Shown piece after piece: positions 1 through 12,593 of a stretch of 64,000 nt of DNA. Origin of the DNA: Eledone cirrhosa (lineage: Eukaryota). The stretch spans positions 20,088,001-20,152,000 of the forward strand of contig OZ024764.1 in assembly GCA_964016885.1 (NCBI GenBank). The letters run 5' to 3'. The first letter of the stretch is position 1. Each line of letters opens with the position of its first letter. Made by a program: the position numbers and the translations under genes. The notes under the pieces are model-generated. The model saw only the letters and a program-made list of their open reading frames with translations. It was not told where the DNA came from and did not search any database.

Positions 1-780
1 TCAGTGTGTTCTGCTACATTAACTACCTGGAGGTCACCACATGAGACAAAGACTACATTTCAAAGAAGGGTCATAAAAGAACTAAATACGAAAGTACCCA
101 CAATGCAGCAACAAGCAAATAATTGAGCTTTGGGTCTAGGTTAAGGGGGCAGAAGTGCTGCGCCCTGTGGATAAGACTGCAAAAGTATTCGCCCCGGACG
201 ATGGACAGTGACACCCACTGCAACAGCCACCCCAACCTCATGGGGCTCCCTCTTCAGAAGGGCCACCAACGTTGTGATCTTACAAAGGAGCTTGGCATTA
301 CGGGGTCCAAGTACTTCTGAGGTCTTGATGGTGACCAGTGTGAAGAGACCTACAATTGATGTCATCCCAGTTATGTTGGACTGTAATATACTGGGGTATA
401 GAGATGCCTTAACCTGTCTCAGCCGGGCCACCCAGGGTTGTGTCATCTAGGTACTAGACAGGGGTGACTAGACCATGTTGTCAACTGTCACCACCAATAG
501 GAGTGAGGCGAGTGGGTCCCCTTGCTAGACACCATATATAAAAACGTATTTGTTAATTACTTTAATGAATAATTTGTTTCATACGTAATTATTACTTTTA
601 ACACAACAGGATTTTGTACACGTGTTTGTTTGAAAACATCTTTCAAAGAAGTATGAGACAGTCTTTTGTAGTCTTCTGGAGTTGCGACCGATAGATAGTA
701 TTAGCAATTGGAAAGACCAATGGAAACATTGTTTCCTCGGTCCGATTTGACGAAAAGTCGATCGTAAAGAAAAAATATAT
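1..780. repeat. Segmental-duplication block, paralogous to ~29083-30080, ending in a SINE 3' part
   Basis: tcagtgtgttctgctacattaactacc...gtcttttgtagt recurs at 29083-29750; ctggagttgcgaccgatag...aagtcgatc (676-761) recurs at ~29982-30069. This copy lacks the SINE head. Confidence 0.9.
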
Positions 781-789
781 ATATTTATA

Positions 790-3700
790 TATTAATTCTA
801 TCGTATCCTCCAATTCCTTAATTCTATCGTATTCTCAAACAAAAAACAAAATCCTTCCCATTCTACTTCTCATAAATTCCTTTAAATATATATATTATGC
901 TACCTCGAAAGTCAAAAATCCCGCTGATACACCCTTCACCCTCCATCTTCTTCACGAGGGGCTGCGGTCAGCCACTCTCTCTCTCCCCCTTCCCCCTCTC
1001 TCTCTCTTCCCCTTCCCCTCTCTCTCTCTCTTAGCTACACATATATATATATATATATATAAGATAAATTCCCGTTTTTGTTTATTCACTTTCGCCAAAC
1101 AATTGCTGCTTCAATTATTCCTACTACGGTGTACCCATGTAGTCGTAACGTTCACATTTTTCTATCTACTCCACGCCACAATTTCGTACATAGTCCAAAC
1201 ATCCAATCTCGCAAAATCCGAAATCTGTATTTTTTGTTATTTATTTAGGTTTAAATACGGTGTTTTTGTCGTATTGAACAGAACAAATCTTGCAGTTTTG
1301 CTTTTTGTTAATCGCTTGTTAAACATTCATAAACTTCAAGCTAGCTACCCCACACCCCTCCCACCCCCATTCTTAATACGTGGACCAATCATAAGCCAGA
1401 GACCCCCCCCCCCCCACACGCATCACCATTATTATTATTACGCGGACCAATCATAAGCCAGAGGCCTATACTATCGCTTGCACGGTTGCCTTCGATATAT
1501 GATGGATGGATGGATGGATGGATGGACGGACGGCGGAATCCTGGAGAGTGGAAGGGAGAGAAAAATCTGGACGCTCAGAGCGAAAATGCCAAAGTTAAAG
1601 TCAAATTCACCTCGTGGACGAGAATGCGAGCACTCCTCTTTGTTTCGTCCGCGGATGGCTAACATAACCCCATCTCCCCCGCCCCCCACCACCCCCACCC
1701 TCCAAACGCAATCCAAAACTTCAAAGTTGGTACCATAAATGTAGGCACCCTAAAGGGTCGCGCTAACGAGGTTGTAGAAATGCTTGAACGTAAGGAGGTC
1801 GATGTTTGTTGTATTCAAGAGACCAGGTGGAGGGGTGGGTCTGCTAGATTCATTGAGGGTAAAAAACGATGTTATAAGCTTTTCTGGGTGGGAAACGACG
1901 ATGGGCTGGGTGGAGTAGGAATCATGGTAGCAGAAAAGTGGGCAGATAAGATAATAGACGTAAATAGAGTGAACGACAGAATAATTAAAATACGACTTGT
2001 CCTCAATAGAACTACGGTGACAGTAATATCTGCGTACGCACCCCAATCCGGACTGCCCGGCACTATAAAAGACAGATTCTATGAGACACTGTTGCTAACT
2101 ACCTCCCAAATATCTGACAGTGACTATATAATTATTGCAGGCGACCTAAATGGTCACGTTGGACAACATTGTGACGGCTACGACGAAGTCCATGGAGGCT
2201 ATGGGTTTGGTACTAGAAATGAGGAAGGCTCCAGAATCCTGGAATTCTGTGATGCAAATAACCTAACTATCTGTAACACTAACTTCAAAAAACGTGACAA
2301 TCACCTGATCACCTATAGATCCGGGGAACACACAAGCCAGGTAGATTATATCCTTACCCATGAAGAATGCACCTCCCAACATAGACTGATAATTAGCGAC
2401 CTCATAGTCAGGACGAGACGTACTCGACAGCAGAAGAGGACTATCCTCAGGAGAAAAATATGGAATCTTAAGGACCCCACAGCCAAAAATAAATTTCAAA
2501 ACATATTACTTGATGCTTTCGACAGTAAGGAAGAACATTTAGAGTCGGACAATATAGAGGGACAGTGGGAATTTCTGAAAGCAAACCTGCTGTTGGCGAT
2601 AGACGAAGTCTGTGGCTGGAGCAGGCCTGTAGGCAGGAGGAGAGTAACATGCTGGTGGAACAGTAAGGTGGAGGGGTCAATTAAGGCCAAAAAGCAGGCT
2701 TGGAAAGTATGGCGGGATGGGGGAAGTAGAGTAGACTATCAAGTGGCCAGGAGGGAAGCTAGGAGAGAAGTGTACTTAGCAAGAAGGGAAGCTGAGGAAA
2801 GAAAGTTCAAGCATGTTCTACAACGCGATGACCAAAAACGTGAGGTGTTCAGGATTGCTAGGCAATGCGTCAAGGAAAACCGTGATATTGTCGGAGAGAA
2901 GTGTGTACTTAACGATGATGGCATACTTGCCATCACCGACACTGATAAGAAGGTAGCTTGGAAGTGTCACTATGAAAGGCTACTAAATGAGGAGAATAAA
3001 TGGGAGAAAGACAGTCTCCCCCATATCGACCCAATAGAGGGACCAGCAGTGTTAGTCGAGGGGAGTATAATAAGTAAGGCAATCAAGGATATGAAGACGG
3101 GTAAGGCGGCTGGGCCTTCGGAAATAGTTGCTGAGATGCTGAAGGCATCTGGCACGGTGGGACACACCATGGTCACTCGCATAGTTAACCAAGTCGTACA
3201 GAATGGGGTTGTTCCGAAGGACTGGCATAGCAGCATCATCGTTAACTGTTATAAGGGTAAAGGAGACGCCCTAGATAGGAGTAACTATAGAGGCATTAAA
3301 TTAATCGACCAGGTCATGAAGGTCACGGAAAAAGTAATAGCGCAACTAATCAGAGAGAGAATTGACCTAGATGAAATGCAGTTCGGGTTTGTGTCAGGCA
3401 AAAGTACCACAGACGCTCTTTTCATAGTACGACAACTACAGGAGAAGTTCCTAGCTAAAGGTAAACTTAGCTTTTGTCGACTTGGAGAAAGCCTTCGACA
3501 GAGTCCCCCGCTCCATTATCTGGTGGGCTCTTAGAAAACTAGGCGTTGACGAATGGCTTGTGAGGGCTATACAAGCCATGTATAAAGAAACAGTCAGCAA
3601 GGCTAGAATTAACAACGAATATAGTGAAGAGTTTAGCGTAAAAGTTGGCGTCCATCAGGGCTCTGTTCTCAGCCCCCTACTATTTATTATTGCCCTTCAG

Positions 3701-5219
3701 GCTATAACAGAGGAGTTCAAGACAGGCTGCCCATGGGAACTCCTATACGCAGACGACCTGACACTCATAGCGGAATCAATAGCCGAGCTAGAGAAGAAAT
3801 TCCAAACATGGAAGCACGGCCTAGAGTCAAAAGGACTTAAAATTAACCTGGCTAAGACCAAAGTTCTAGTTTGTAGGAAAGAAAACAAGGCGGCGGTCCC
3901 TTCTGGGAAATGGTCGTGCTCGGTGTGTAGGAAAGGCGTAGGTAGAAACTCCATTTTATGTCCTAAATGCAAAGTATGGGTGCATAAAAGATGTAGTGGG
4001 ATCACAGGTAAGCTAACTAAGAACATAGATTTTACATGTGGCCGGTGTTCTGGTGCAATAAGTAGCAGCAAGTGCCCACAAAATACTAGCTCTTTCAATT
4101 GCGCAGAGGGTTCTATAGAAATAGTGGACAGCTTCCGTTACCTGGGCGATAAAATCACCAGTGGGGGGGGGGGGGGGGGGGGAGTGCTCTGAAAGTACTG
4201 TAGCTAGAGTCAGAACTGGTTGGAAAAAGTTCAGAGAGCTTATACCACTATTAGCTGCTAAAGGGTTCTCCCTAAAAATGAAAGGCAGGTTGTACGATGC
4301 CTGCATACGAACAGCAATGTTGCATGGCAGTGAGACCTGGGCATTGTGTGCAGAGGATATACGCAGACTAGAGAGGAACGAAGCTTGCATGCTCCGCTGG
4401 ATGTGTAACAGTAATATACGTGAACGGCAAAGCATAAACGAACTAAGAAAAAAATTAGAGATAAGAGGGATCAGATGTTGTTTACTCGAGAGAAGGCTAC
4501 GTTGGTATGGACACGTGATGCGCATGAAAGTCGATAGCTGTATAACAAAGTGCAGGGCAATAAAGATAGACGGTAGTCACGGAATAGGCAGACCTAGAAA
4601 AACCTGGGACGAGCTGATAAACTCCGACATCACACACTTACACCTCTCCAAGACAATGTCACTGGACCGAGACCTTTGGCGGTACTCAGTAACAGAGAAG
4701 ACCCGCCTTACCTAAATATATAGTAAAACCTACTCCAGCCAGTAGGCATCTCTAACAAAATACCCCCCCCCCCCCCCCCCCCACCCCATCCACACCACCC
4801 CGTTCTATGTAAAGTTATGTTGGTGCCGCGCCATCCAGGCCGAAACAAATGAGATCGTGTAGGTGTCACGACAAAAAAACACACAGTCCACGCTGTAATG
4901 TGGCCGTGTAGGTAACACGGTAAAAACCTCCTAGTCCCACACTGTAAATGTTGTTGGTGTCAGGAAGGGCATCCAGCTGTAGAAAACACGCCAGACAGTC
5001 CACGCTGTAATGTGGCCGTGTAGGCAACACGGTAAAAACCTCCCAGACCCACACTGTAAATGTGGTTGGTGTTAGGAAGGGCATCCAACTGTAGAAAACC
5101 TGCCAGACAGTCCTATGCGAGCAAGACAATCACTCTTGCCTCAAGTGGGACTACCCCCGTCCAAACCCATGCAAGCGTGGAACACGGACGTTAAACGTTG
5201 ATGATGATGATGATGATGA
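790..5219 (+). mobile_element. RTE-clade LINE, near full length (5' UTR, EN-RT ORF, 3' UTR, (GAT)n tail)
   Basis: APE endonuclease and RT motifs; 3' UTR with duplicated gttggtgttaggaagggcatccagctgtagaaa; (GAT)n tail at ~5200-5220; the paralogous site at ~30070-30100 lacks the insert, which defines the boundaries. Confidence 0.92.
1718..4715 (+). pseudogene. RTE endonuclease-reverse transcriptase ORF, frameshifted
   Basis: GTINVGTL, CCIQETRW, AYAPQ, GDLNGHVG, NYRGIKL, QFGF, DLEKAFDRV, GVHQGSVLSP, LLYADD, Cys-rich insert CSVC..CPKC..WVHKRC..CGRC, GRPRKTW. Frame breaks at ~3465 and in the G-run at 4163-4182. Confidence 0.9.
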
Positions 5220-6499
5220 TAGTGAGAGAGAAACACACAAACGTACACTACTGTAAAACACATGTAAGGGGAGACAATTCTCGTTACATTCCCCCTTCTT
5301 TTTGATATACGTTCTTTATATGTTTTGTACAATGAACTCTGCTTTATTTTGTGTCCTAAGTAGATTTCTGTTTAAGTATTTACGAGATTCACAATGATTC
5401 ACGTAACCAAGTTACTTACATAGAGATATATTTCACATAGAATCACAACAAATGAAAATATTAAGTCAACACTCTGTCAATCAGTCTCACATCACATGGA
5501 GTGCTGGAGTCTCCTTCTAATACTTTCTGAGACAGTCTTACCTCGAGTGATAGCAAGGCTAAGATGTTGGAACTACCAAACACCCTCATATGTATCACCT
5601 GACACCTCGGTAAGGAGAGCTGCCAACGATAACAAGAACCTCGTTGTCAGGGACCTATCTCCTCCAAACTTCTCCAACACCACAGACTAGAATATTCTAC
5701 TCTTTATTCCCTATCAAATATATTTCAGTCTAGTCATTTATCTTGTATCTTGTATATGTATTTTCAAAACTAACTGTCACATTTGTGAGACCCCAGTTAG
5801 TGATGTTTTTGTCTCCCTCCCACATCCTACATGCTGTAGTAAAAGTGAGGGTCACTGCTTCCGTAGACGAACGAAATAAAAGCTAAACTACCAGTAATTA
5901 TCGGCAAAGTATTTATTCCAGTCTGATGTTTGAGAAGCTGGGCTGCTGACAACTAAGTTGTGGTCACTGTTGGCAGCTGGCTTTACCGAAGTACCCGATG
6001 ACTCTTGTGAGGGTACTTATCTGTTCTGGCAACTTAGCCTCCATATGACCCGATCTTACCGAGATACACGGTGATCTCTGTCAGGGTACTTAGCTGTTCT
6101 GGCAACTTAGCCTCCATATGACCCGAGATACCCGGTGATCTCTGCCAGGGTACTCGATTGATCCAGCACCCTACTATTTCTACCAACAGGTTATATCGAG
6201 GTATCAAGTGATACTCTTTTCAAGTCAAGACCTCCTCTGCTGTCCTCTGTCTTCCAACTGCCCTGTTATTCTACAGACTCACGAAAGTGGACACCACCTG
6301 AAGGAGAGAGTGGTTGGTGTAGTGGTCATCGCTGGCTATTGTTCAAGTGACACAGGTAAAATACACTACCTAGACTGAGGTGAAACGTCTACCGTCCATT
6401 CCTCACCACCAACACCTTACTTTCTCTATTTTAATTACATTTACTGTTTTCAACTTCACTTTTTATTACAAACTTTACAGAATTTAATTCGGTAAAAAT

Positions 6500-6636
6500 A
6501 TTTTTTACGTCACAAAAATCCTTGAAGCATGCGCAGTGGTGCAGTTGTCGACTTCCTGTCCACGTGTTAGTCTTCCTACAACATCATTTAGACAACATTT
6601 CTGTAAATACTAAACACCTGAGACTATAATGTAAGT
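6500..6636 (+). promoter_or_regulatory. Promoter-like module plus non-coding first exon and splice donor (copy 1 of 5)
   Basis: TTACGTCA (CRE/ATF-like, 6505), GCATGCGCA (NRF1-like, 6527), ACTTCCTG (ETS, 6551), CACGTG (E-box, 6561), donor AT|GTAAGT at 6631; near identical in five copies. Confidence 0.6.
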
Positions 6637-6879
6637 ATTATGTCTATTAATATTGTAGATTTAAGCTCACTTTTCACATCACAAATATATATTTTCTTCG
6701 CTCAACCTTAAGTCTCACGTCAGAAATGAAATTTATTTACATTTTCGATTTATTAAAAACTATTGTTTTTCTGAATACAAAAACTGGTTGGACGACTACG
6801 GGCTGGCACTACGTTAGTTGATGTAAATGACATCGTTAATGAGAATACTACACTTGTTACTCTTATACCTGTCATACAC

Positions 6880-7384
6880 GGTGACAATCTATGTTACAGT
6901 GGCTGGTAAGACGGCAGTGACAGTGTCAATTGTCCTGTTTGTAATGAAACCTGCACATTAAACCATTATTCTGAGACTCACAAGAAATGGAGATGGCGAT
7001 GTAACCCCGACAATGTCTCCCAAGCAGTGCGACATAATTGTTTTTTTCAAGGAAGCCATGTGCCACTCGATCACCTTATTTGTATTTTATACATGTGGTG
7101 CTACAATTATACACAAGCTGAGATGATTCGAGAAACGGGAGTCTCCCAACCGACAATTATTGACTGGTGCAATTTTATTCGAGAAATTTGCCAGCAATAT
7201 TTGGAGGAAAATCGCCAACAACTTGGAGGCTTCGATGACAATGGTGAGTCCATCATTGTCGAGATCGACGAGAGCCAACATGGTACCAGAGCTGCTTTAT
7301 TTCAATCTTATATTGCAGTCTTTGGCGACAGAGAGTTGGTGCCAACAAGTTTGGCGAGATGATAAACTGCATTGGAGCAATTGA
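6880..7384 (+). pseudogene. Merlin/IS1595-family DDE transposase fragment
   Basis: Zn-ribbon-like CPVCNETC..KWRWRC, then R..FFQGS..L..ILY.W, TIIDWCNFIREIC, LGG...IIVEIDES. Catalytic core deleted after DES. Confidence 0.82.
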
Positions 7385-7494
7385 TATGGTGTTTCATTAC
7401 TGGAAATATAAAATGTTATGGTAATTATCTATATTTTACCTCACACCTTAGGGGTTAACTACACACTTTGAGGCAAGCCAACACACTGGCAGCA

Positions 7495-7669
7495 ATACCA
7501 CGGGTGATGGTGAGGCTAAGGTGCTTAAATAACCAGGTACCCACACGGGTATCACCTGGTACCTCGGTAAGGCGAGGCTAATGTGCTGAAATAACCAGGT
7601 ACCCTCACGGGTATCACTTACACCTCAGTAAGGTGAGGCTAAGGTACTGAAATAACCAGGTACCATCAC
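7495..7669 (+). repeat. 62-bp tandem repeat (~3 units), Merlin subterminal array
   Basis: Unit ctcggtaaggYgaggctaaggtgctgaaataaccaggtaccctcacgggtatcacctgRYac; the period of 62 is clearest at 61141/61203/61265/61327. Confidence 0.85.
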
Positions 7670-8021
7670 GGAAACGACTAGATTTGTAGAAAAAGTAGGG
7701 TGAAAGTATACGAAGAGATGTAGTTTCACAGATCTACTCACACCTCACGTTGGGTGGGAAATAATTATTTTTCTTAGATTTTTTTCTAGACCCCTTTTCA
7801 ATATTTTCTCTGAACCCCTTAGATACTTGCAATAGACGTTTTATTCCCCGGTGTTAGGGTTTCCATTTTCAGGAAGAAAAGTCGATTGCAAACATCTAAG
7901 AGGTCGAGAAATGAAATTAAGGAAAGATAATTATTTCCCAGCCAACTGGAGAAGTGTGTAGCTCTTCTAAACTCCGATAATCCTGTCTCCCACTTCTTTA
8001 TCTACAAATCTAGTCGTTTCC
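7670..8021. mobile_element. Foldback MITE with GGAAACGACTAGATTTGTAGA TIRs (Merlin-like ends)
   Basis: 21-bp perfect TIR (7670-7690 / 8001-8021) plus an internal imperfect palindrome (gggaaataattat / ataattatttccc); no TSD visible. Confidence 0.8.
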
Positions 8022-8139
8022 TGCTACTTTGAAGGCCCTATTTATTGATAACACCACTTGTAAATCTTTGTGTACTTTTCATACGTAAATTGTGAATCAG
8101 TTATTTTTAAACAAACTATCAAAGAAGTGATCTCACAGT

Positions 8140-8366
8140 AACTGTGTTTGATTTAATCAACTTATTCCCCCCAAACATTGTCAACCTTGTGTCTAAATCA
8201 GAAACTATTATTAGATCTTAAATCAACCCCGTAAAGATGAAGGGCAAAGCTAACCTCGGCGGGATTTCAACCCTTTATGTTATGAGTTCAAATCCCACCA
8301 AAGTTAACTTTGTCTTTCATTCTAACGGGGTGGATAAATTAAAGTTCCAGTAATCTACTGAGGTCT
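8140..8366. mobile_element. SINE fragments in opposing orientations
   Basis: gagttcaaatcccaccaaagttaactttgtctttcattc...gataaattaaagttccagt on + faces its reverse complement gatgaagggcaaagctaacctcggcgggatttcaac; the same family recurs at 52350-52476 (-). Confidence 0.65.
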
Positions 8367-8422
8367 GAGATATTAAACGTTTGAGTTGATTCTATCTTTT
8401 TGTGTTTGTATTTATAATCTTA

Positions 8423-8872
8423 CTAGAAACCCTGTGACCTGTTGGGTCACGTTCCCTTTAAAAATAATTTCTAAATAATTAAAATATACACAGACATGTC
8501 TATAATCTAAAATGAAATTAGTAGGTAGGCCCATGTATATATATATATATGCGTGTGTGTATATATATGTGTGTGTGTGTATAGCTATATGTCACAGACA
8601 CACACACACAAGTCGCTTGTTATAATTTTAAAATTTCGTTCAATAACACCAACAGCTCTCTCTCTCACACACCCATTATCTTTCTCTATTTATGAAGGTA
8701 CCAGAAAAACCCATAACTCGGGAACCTGTGCTCTGATCTACGTGAAACTTATTTTATCCCATTTGTGTTTCCATTTCAGGGTCAACTTCCTTTCAAACTA
8801 TTTTCCCGTTATGCCCCGTTTTGGCTGTATTACATTACAGACAAGACACAATCACAGAGTTTTAGGTTTAGA
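8423..8872 (-). mobile_element. Non-autonomous Helitron
   Basis: On the minus strand: GTGACC-CAACA-GGTCAC hairpin followed by CTAG|T; homologous to 24918-25302; partial or full copies at ~14589, 16785, 48973 and 62146. Confidence 0.75.
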
Positions 8873-8875
8873 ATG

Positions 8876-9125
8876 TGTGGGTAGAAAAAGCTATCTCACC
8901 GCTTTTCACAGGCGCCGTTAAATTCCACTGCAGGTTACTCCTCTTCCACGTGCGTCCATCTTCTTAACACCGGGAGCTGCCCAAAACTCGCGTCCACACC
9001 GTTTGCTGGTCACCACTAGAGAGAGGCCCTCTGCTGGCCCTTCCGGTCGAGCATCCTTCCAGCCAAACACCTTCCGGTCGAGCATTCCCCCGCCTCAGGC
9101 CACCGCACGCCACACCATACCCACA
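8876..9125 (-). repeat. 3' LTR
   Basis: TGTGGGTA...TACCCACA terminal inverted repeat; homologous to 12714-12961. Confidence 0.9.
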
Positions 9126-9142
9126 CGCCCCCCCCCCTGATC

Positions 9143-11718
9143 TCAAGGATCAATTTCCCCCTCGTCCCTCTGCATATGAAAGTCTGCTGTCCAGGTCGGT
9201 AGTCTACGACTTTGTTGCGATCTTCGTAGTATTGGGGCAGAGCTCTGGGTTCCCACCTCATCTTGGGTTTCCTCTTCCTCGGAGTCCGTCGACACAGTGA
9301 TTCTTCTTACGTCCAGGATATGACGTGGCACCCCGTCCACGGACACATTGTTCTTTGAATTTACGGCCGTCACCGTTCCCCTTCCCCATTGAGATGTGCA
9401 ACGTGCATCTGGGGGCTTAACACAGACTTCTTCGCCCACCTGCACGAATGCACTCTCTCTCCCCACTGGCCGTTGTGGTGGCGTGCACGGGTGCCGCCAC
9501 TCGTATTTGAATACTGCTCTATGTGGCACCGATTCATCGACCTGTCCAACCCGAGGGGACATTGTACCAGAACACTGCCTACATTGGTGAGATATGGCCC
9601 CGCTCCGCCATTGCCTTGATCGTCCGGTGGTGTCGCTCCACGATTCCATTCCCGCTCGGCCTCTGCGCCGCTCTGAAGAAACGGTCCACCTTCCATCCAT
9701 CGAGCATCTCCCTCAGTGCCTCCGAGCAGAACCATCCGCCGTTGTCCATCAGCAGTTCGTCCACAGGGCCCCGCTCCAAGAACACCTCTCTCAACGTCCG
9801 CATGATTTCCTCGGCCGTTCCAGTCTTCATCTCCCTCCATATCGCCATCCGTCCTGGTCCACAGTCGACCATCGAGAGGTATGTTCCCTGTCGGTAGTGC
9901 GTTACATCCACCGCCAATCGTTTCCAGTCGCGATCCACTGGAAGGCTTCCCGTTTCGTGTACACCCGGGGTGGATCAATGGACTGACATCGGATGCAGCC
10001 TCTAACCACCCTTTGAACACTGTGACTGTTAACGTCCGAGTCGATTCTCCTGGCTAGGAACAGGCTCCTATCCACTCCCATGTGGTGCATGTCATGCAAC
10101 CCTTTCAGATCCGACTCGCTCAGCCGACACACGGCAGCTATCTCATCTTCTACCTCCTCCGGCGCTGCCATCCAGGCTTTCTTCACCCTAGTTAAGATGT
10201 CCGCCCTATTTTTCTCTGAGGGCACGAAAACTACGCTCAGCCTCAGAACGAACTCGGTGGCCAGCTCTCCTAAAGTTCCCAGGCGGCGCTTTATCAGCAT
10301 CTCCGCCGCGCCTCTCGTTCGCACTCTCTTCTCACTGGTGAGCACTGATCTCACCCATCCGAGTACAGTAGCCGAGTCGGTACGTTTCTCGATGGTGCGC
10401 AGTCCCCACCTCAGGGTGAGGTTCACCCCTCTCAACACTGCGTCCAGTTCGGCCACATTGATGCATCCTCGACCTCAACACCTCCTATCTCCAACGTGAC
10501 ACCCAGCGCTATGCTGCTGGCATCGCACCATACGGTCCCGCTCTGTGATTTGGGAACATACCAGCGTCGCCGCACTGGGTCGTCGGCCTTCACCCTCCCC
10601 ACGATCTCCTGCATCATGGCCACCATCCTCTCTCCCACTCTGTCACTCCAAGTCACCCCTCCCGCTCATCTCTTGACATAGCTGCATGCCGTCCGGAGCC
10701 ACCCAGCAATCGGGTAGTGACCCACCAACTTTCCACACACCGAGAAAAGCTCCCGCCTACTCATACTTGGGCCCAGTTCTGGAACTTCATTTCCCCTCTG
10801 GAATACCAAGACGCCCGTCCTGTCTCGCCGTAGCCTAAGTCCCAGCGCGGCTCCTCCCTCCAACGCTTCTGACGGCTTCGCAGCCAGTCCATACCTCGTG
10901 ACCTCCGCCGCCGCCACCACAGACTCGTCCACTAGGATGTCGTCAATATAGGAGTTAGTGGCCCACTTCATCTTGTCGGACTTTCCCAGAATGGTCTTGA
11001 GGACCGCCGCCATGATCTTCGGTGCGGAGCTCAGCCCGAATCCGAGCTTGGTCAGGCAATATGTCCGGCCCTTATACCTGACCAGCTGATACTGCCAGAG
11101 CTTCTCATCTATATGCAATTGCAAGTAAGCCGACTTTAGATCTACGATTGCTGAACCCCCCGTCATGCGTCTCCACTCACGCAGGGTTTCCCCACAGACA
11201 TCCGTGACCTCGCCACCCGTGTGGCATGACAGGTGCTCGTTCAGCTCCCGAAAGTCCAGCACCGGCCTCACCTTGTTCTTCGTGGGTTGCGCCACCGCCA
11301 TTAACGGCAATACTCTGCACTTCACCTCCTCTTTCCAGGGAAGCAGTATGCCCTCCTCAATCCATCTCTCTACCTCGCTCCTAATAGTTTCCTTTCAATG
11401 TGTGTTGATAGCAGCCCACTTTGGTCTTCAGTGTTGGTGGTTCTCACTTCCAGTACCACTCAACAACCCATTGCACACGGCCTTGAAGTCTTTGTCCTGC
11501 ACAGTGTAAGCGGGGTATTTCTCCTCGTGGGCCTTCTGGTTCTCCTGTCGCGCACTCACAGCGCATACCGATGCAGCGGCGCCAAACGACACACCGACGT
11601 TGTTCACTGTGACGCCTCCTAGACGGCCAATTGCGTCCATGCCCATAACCACGCCAATCCCATCCACCTTACTTTCCTTCCCCGTACCGCTATTTCCATC
11701 TCGCTGCGACCTCAGCAT
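9143..11718 (-). pseudogene. Gypsy pol (protease remnant, RT, RNase H, integrase), frameshifted
   Basis: VVMGMDAI; VRPVLDFRELN, VDLKSAYLQ, FGLSSAP, YIDD; WCDASS, AELDAV; LH..HH.G..CIRCQ; AVDVTH, LMDNG, GNGIVER. Confidence 0.9.
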
Positions 11719-11918
11719 TCAATTTTCCTGCCGTCGACTGCCCTTACACTGCTCTTCCCTCTCCACCTCTGCGCCATCAGTGTCGTCAAACAGCCCGTGT
11801 CCACGAGTGCTCGCTGTGGCTTTCCCCTCACGAAGACTTCCACCACGGGCAGCGCCTCTACTCGTAAGGGGAAACTACCAGCGCAGTAGTTCCCCTTGGA
11901 TTGTTTCCCTGGTCGCAG

Positions 11919-12593
11919 TTAATACCGGTAGCATATTATTTCCAGCCTTGACTCTCTGCAGTCTCTAGCCATGTGCGGTCCCTGGCACCAAAAACAGCGA
12001 CCCCTAAACGTTCGCGGGCGACCGCGTGCCGCGGTTGCCTCCCTTTCACCATTTCGCTGCCAGCTGTCTTGAGCCTCTGTAGTTGCTATCGCTGCAACAC
12101 TCTTCTTGGCATCTTCTGCTATGATCCAGGCTTGTTCCACCAGTGAATGCATTTCCATTTCTTTGTAACCCGGGACTTGCTGCAGTTTCACCGCTATGTC
12201 GTCTGGAAATCCATTTATGAACGCCAACCGCACCGTGCATTCGCATTCCACCTGATATCCAGCCAACATGGCCAATCGCCGTATTTCCGCTGCGAAAATT
12301 TCAACGCGTTCACCGTTCCATCTAATTCTTGCTAGCTTAGCGAAAGCGGCTAACGGTCCCTCTGCGAACGCTTCCATCATGCGCCTCTCAATCTTTTGCG
12401 CATCTCTTTCGCTGTGTTCGTCCAACTCAAGGAAGAGTACCAACGCGTCCCCCTCGAGGTACAGTGCCATGAGGCCAGCCACATCTTCTATCTTCTGCAA
12501 GCTTGCGACCAGCCGGACTTTTCGCAGCCAAGCGACATCAACTACCCCGGTAAATGCCCTGATAGCTTCGCTTGTTCGTAGTCTTGTCGCCAT
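11919..12593 (-). pseudogene. Gypsy gag with CCHC knuckle
   Basis: LYLEGDAL, AFINGFPD, CFWCQGPHMARDC, second knuckle cut by a stop codon. Confidence 0.85.

Larger units (their letters stand above)
5903..7669 (+). mobile_element. Merlin (IS1595/ISXO2-like) DNA transposon, internally deleted; most complete copy in the window
   Basis: Proposed left end GGCAAAGTATTTATTCCAG (GGNRM-type start); diverged subterminal tandem repeats at 5990-6155 are inverted relative to the 62-bp repeats at 7495-7670; transposase remnant inside; right end cut by a MITE. Confidence 0.62.

Noticed and set aside
123-450. Overlapping short ORFs in a GC-richer block
   Set aside because: No motif I can recognise, and frames are broken in the paralog at 29142-29530; probably old TE debris.
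5496-5690. Small ORF recurring three times (also 30368, 46565)
   Set aside because: Recurrence is due to segmental duplication; start codons are not conserved; the sequence is a transposon end.
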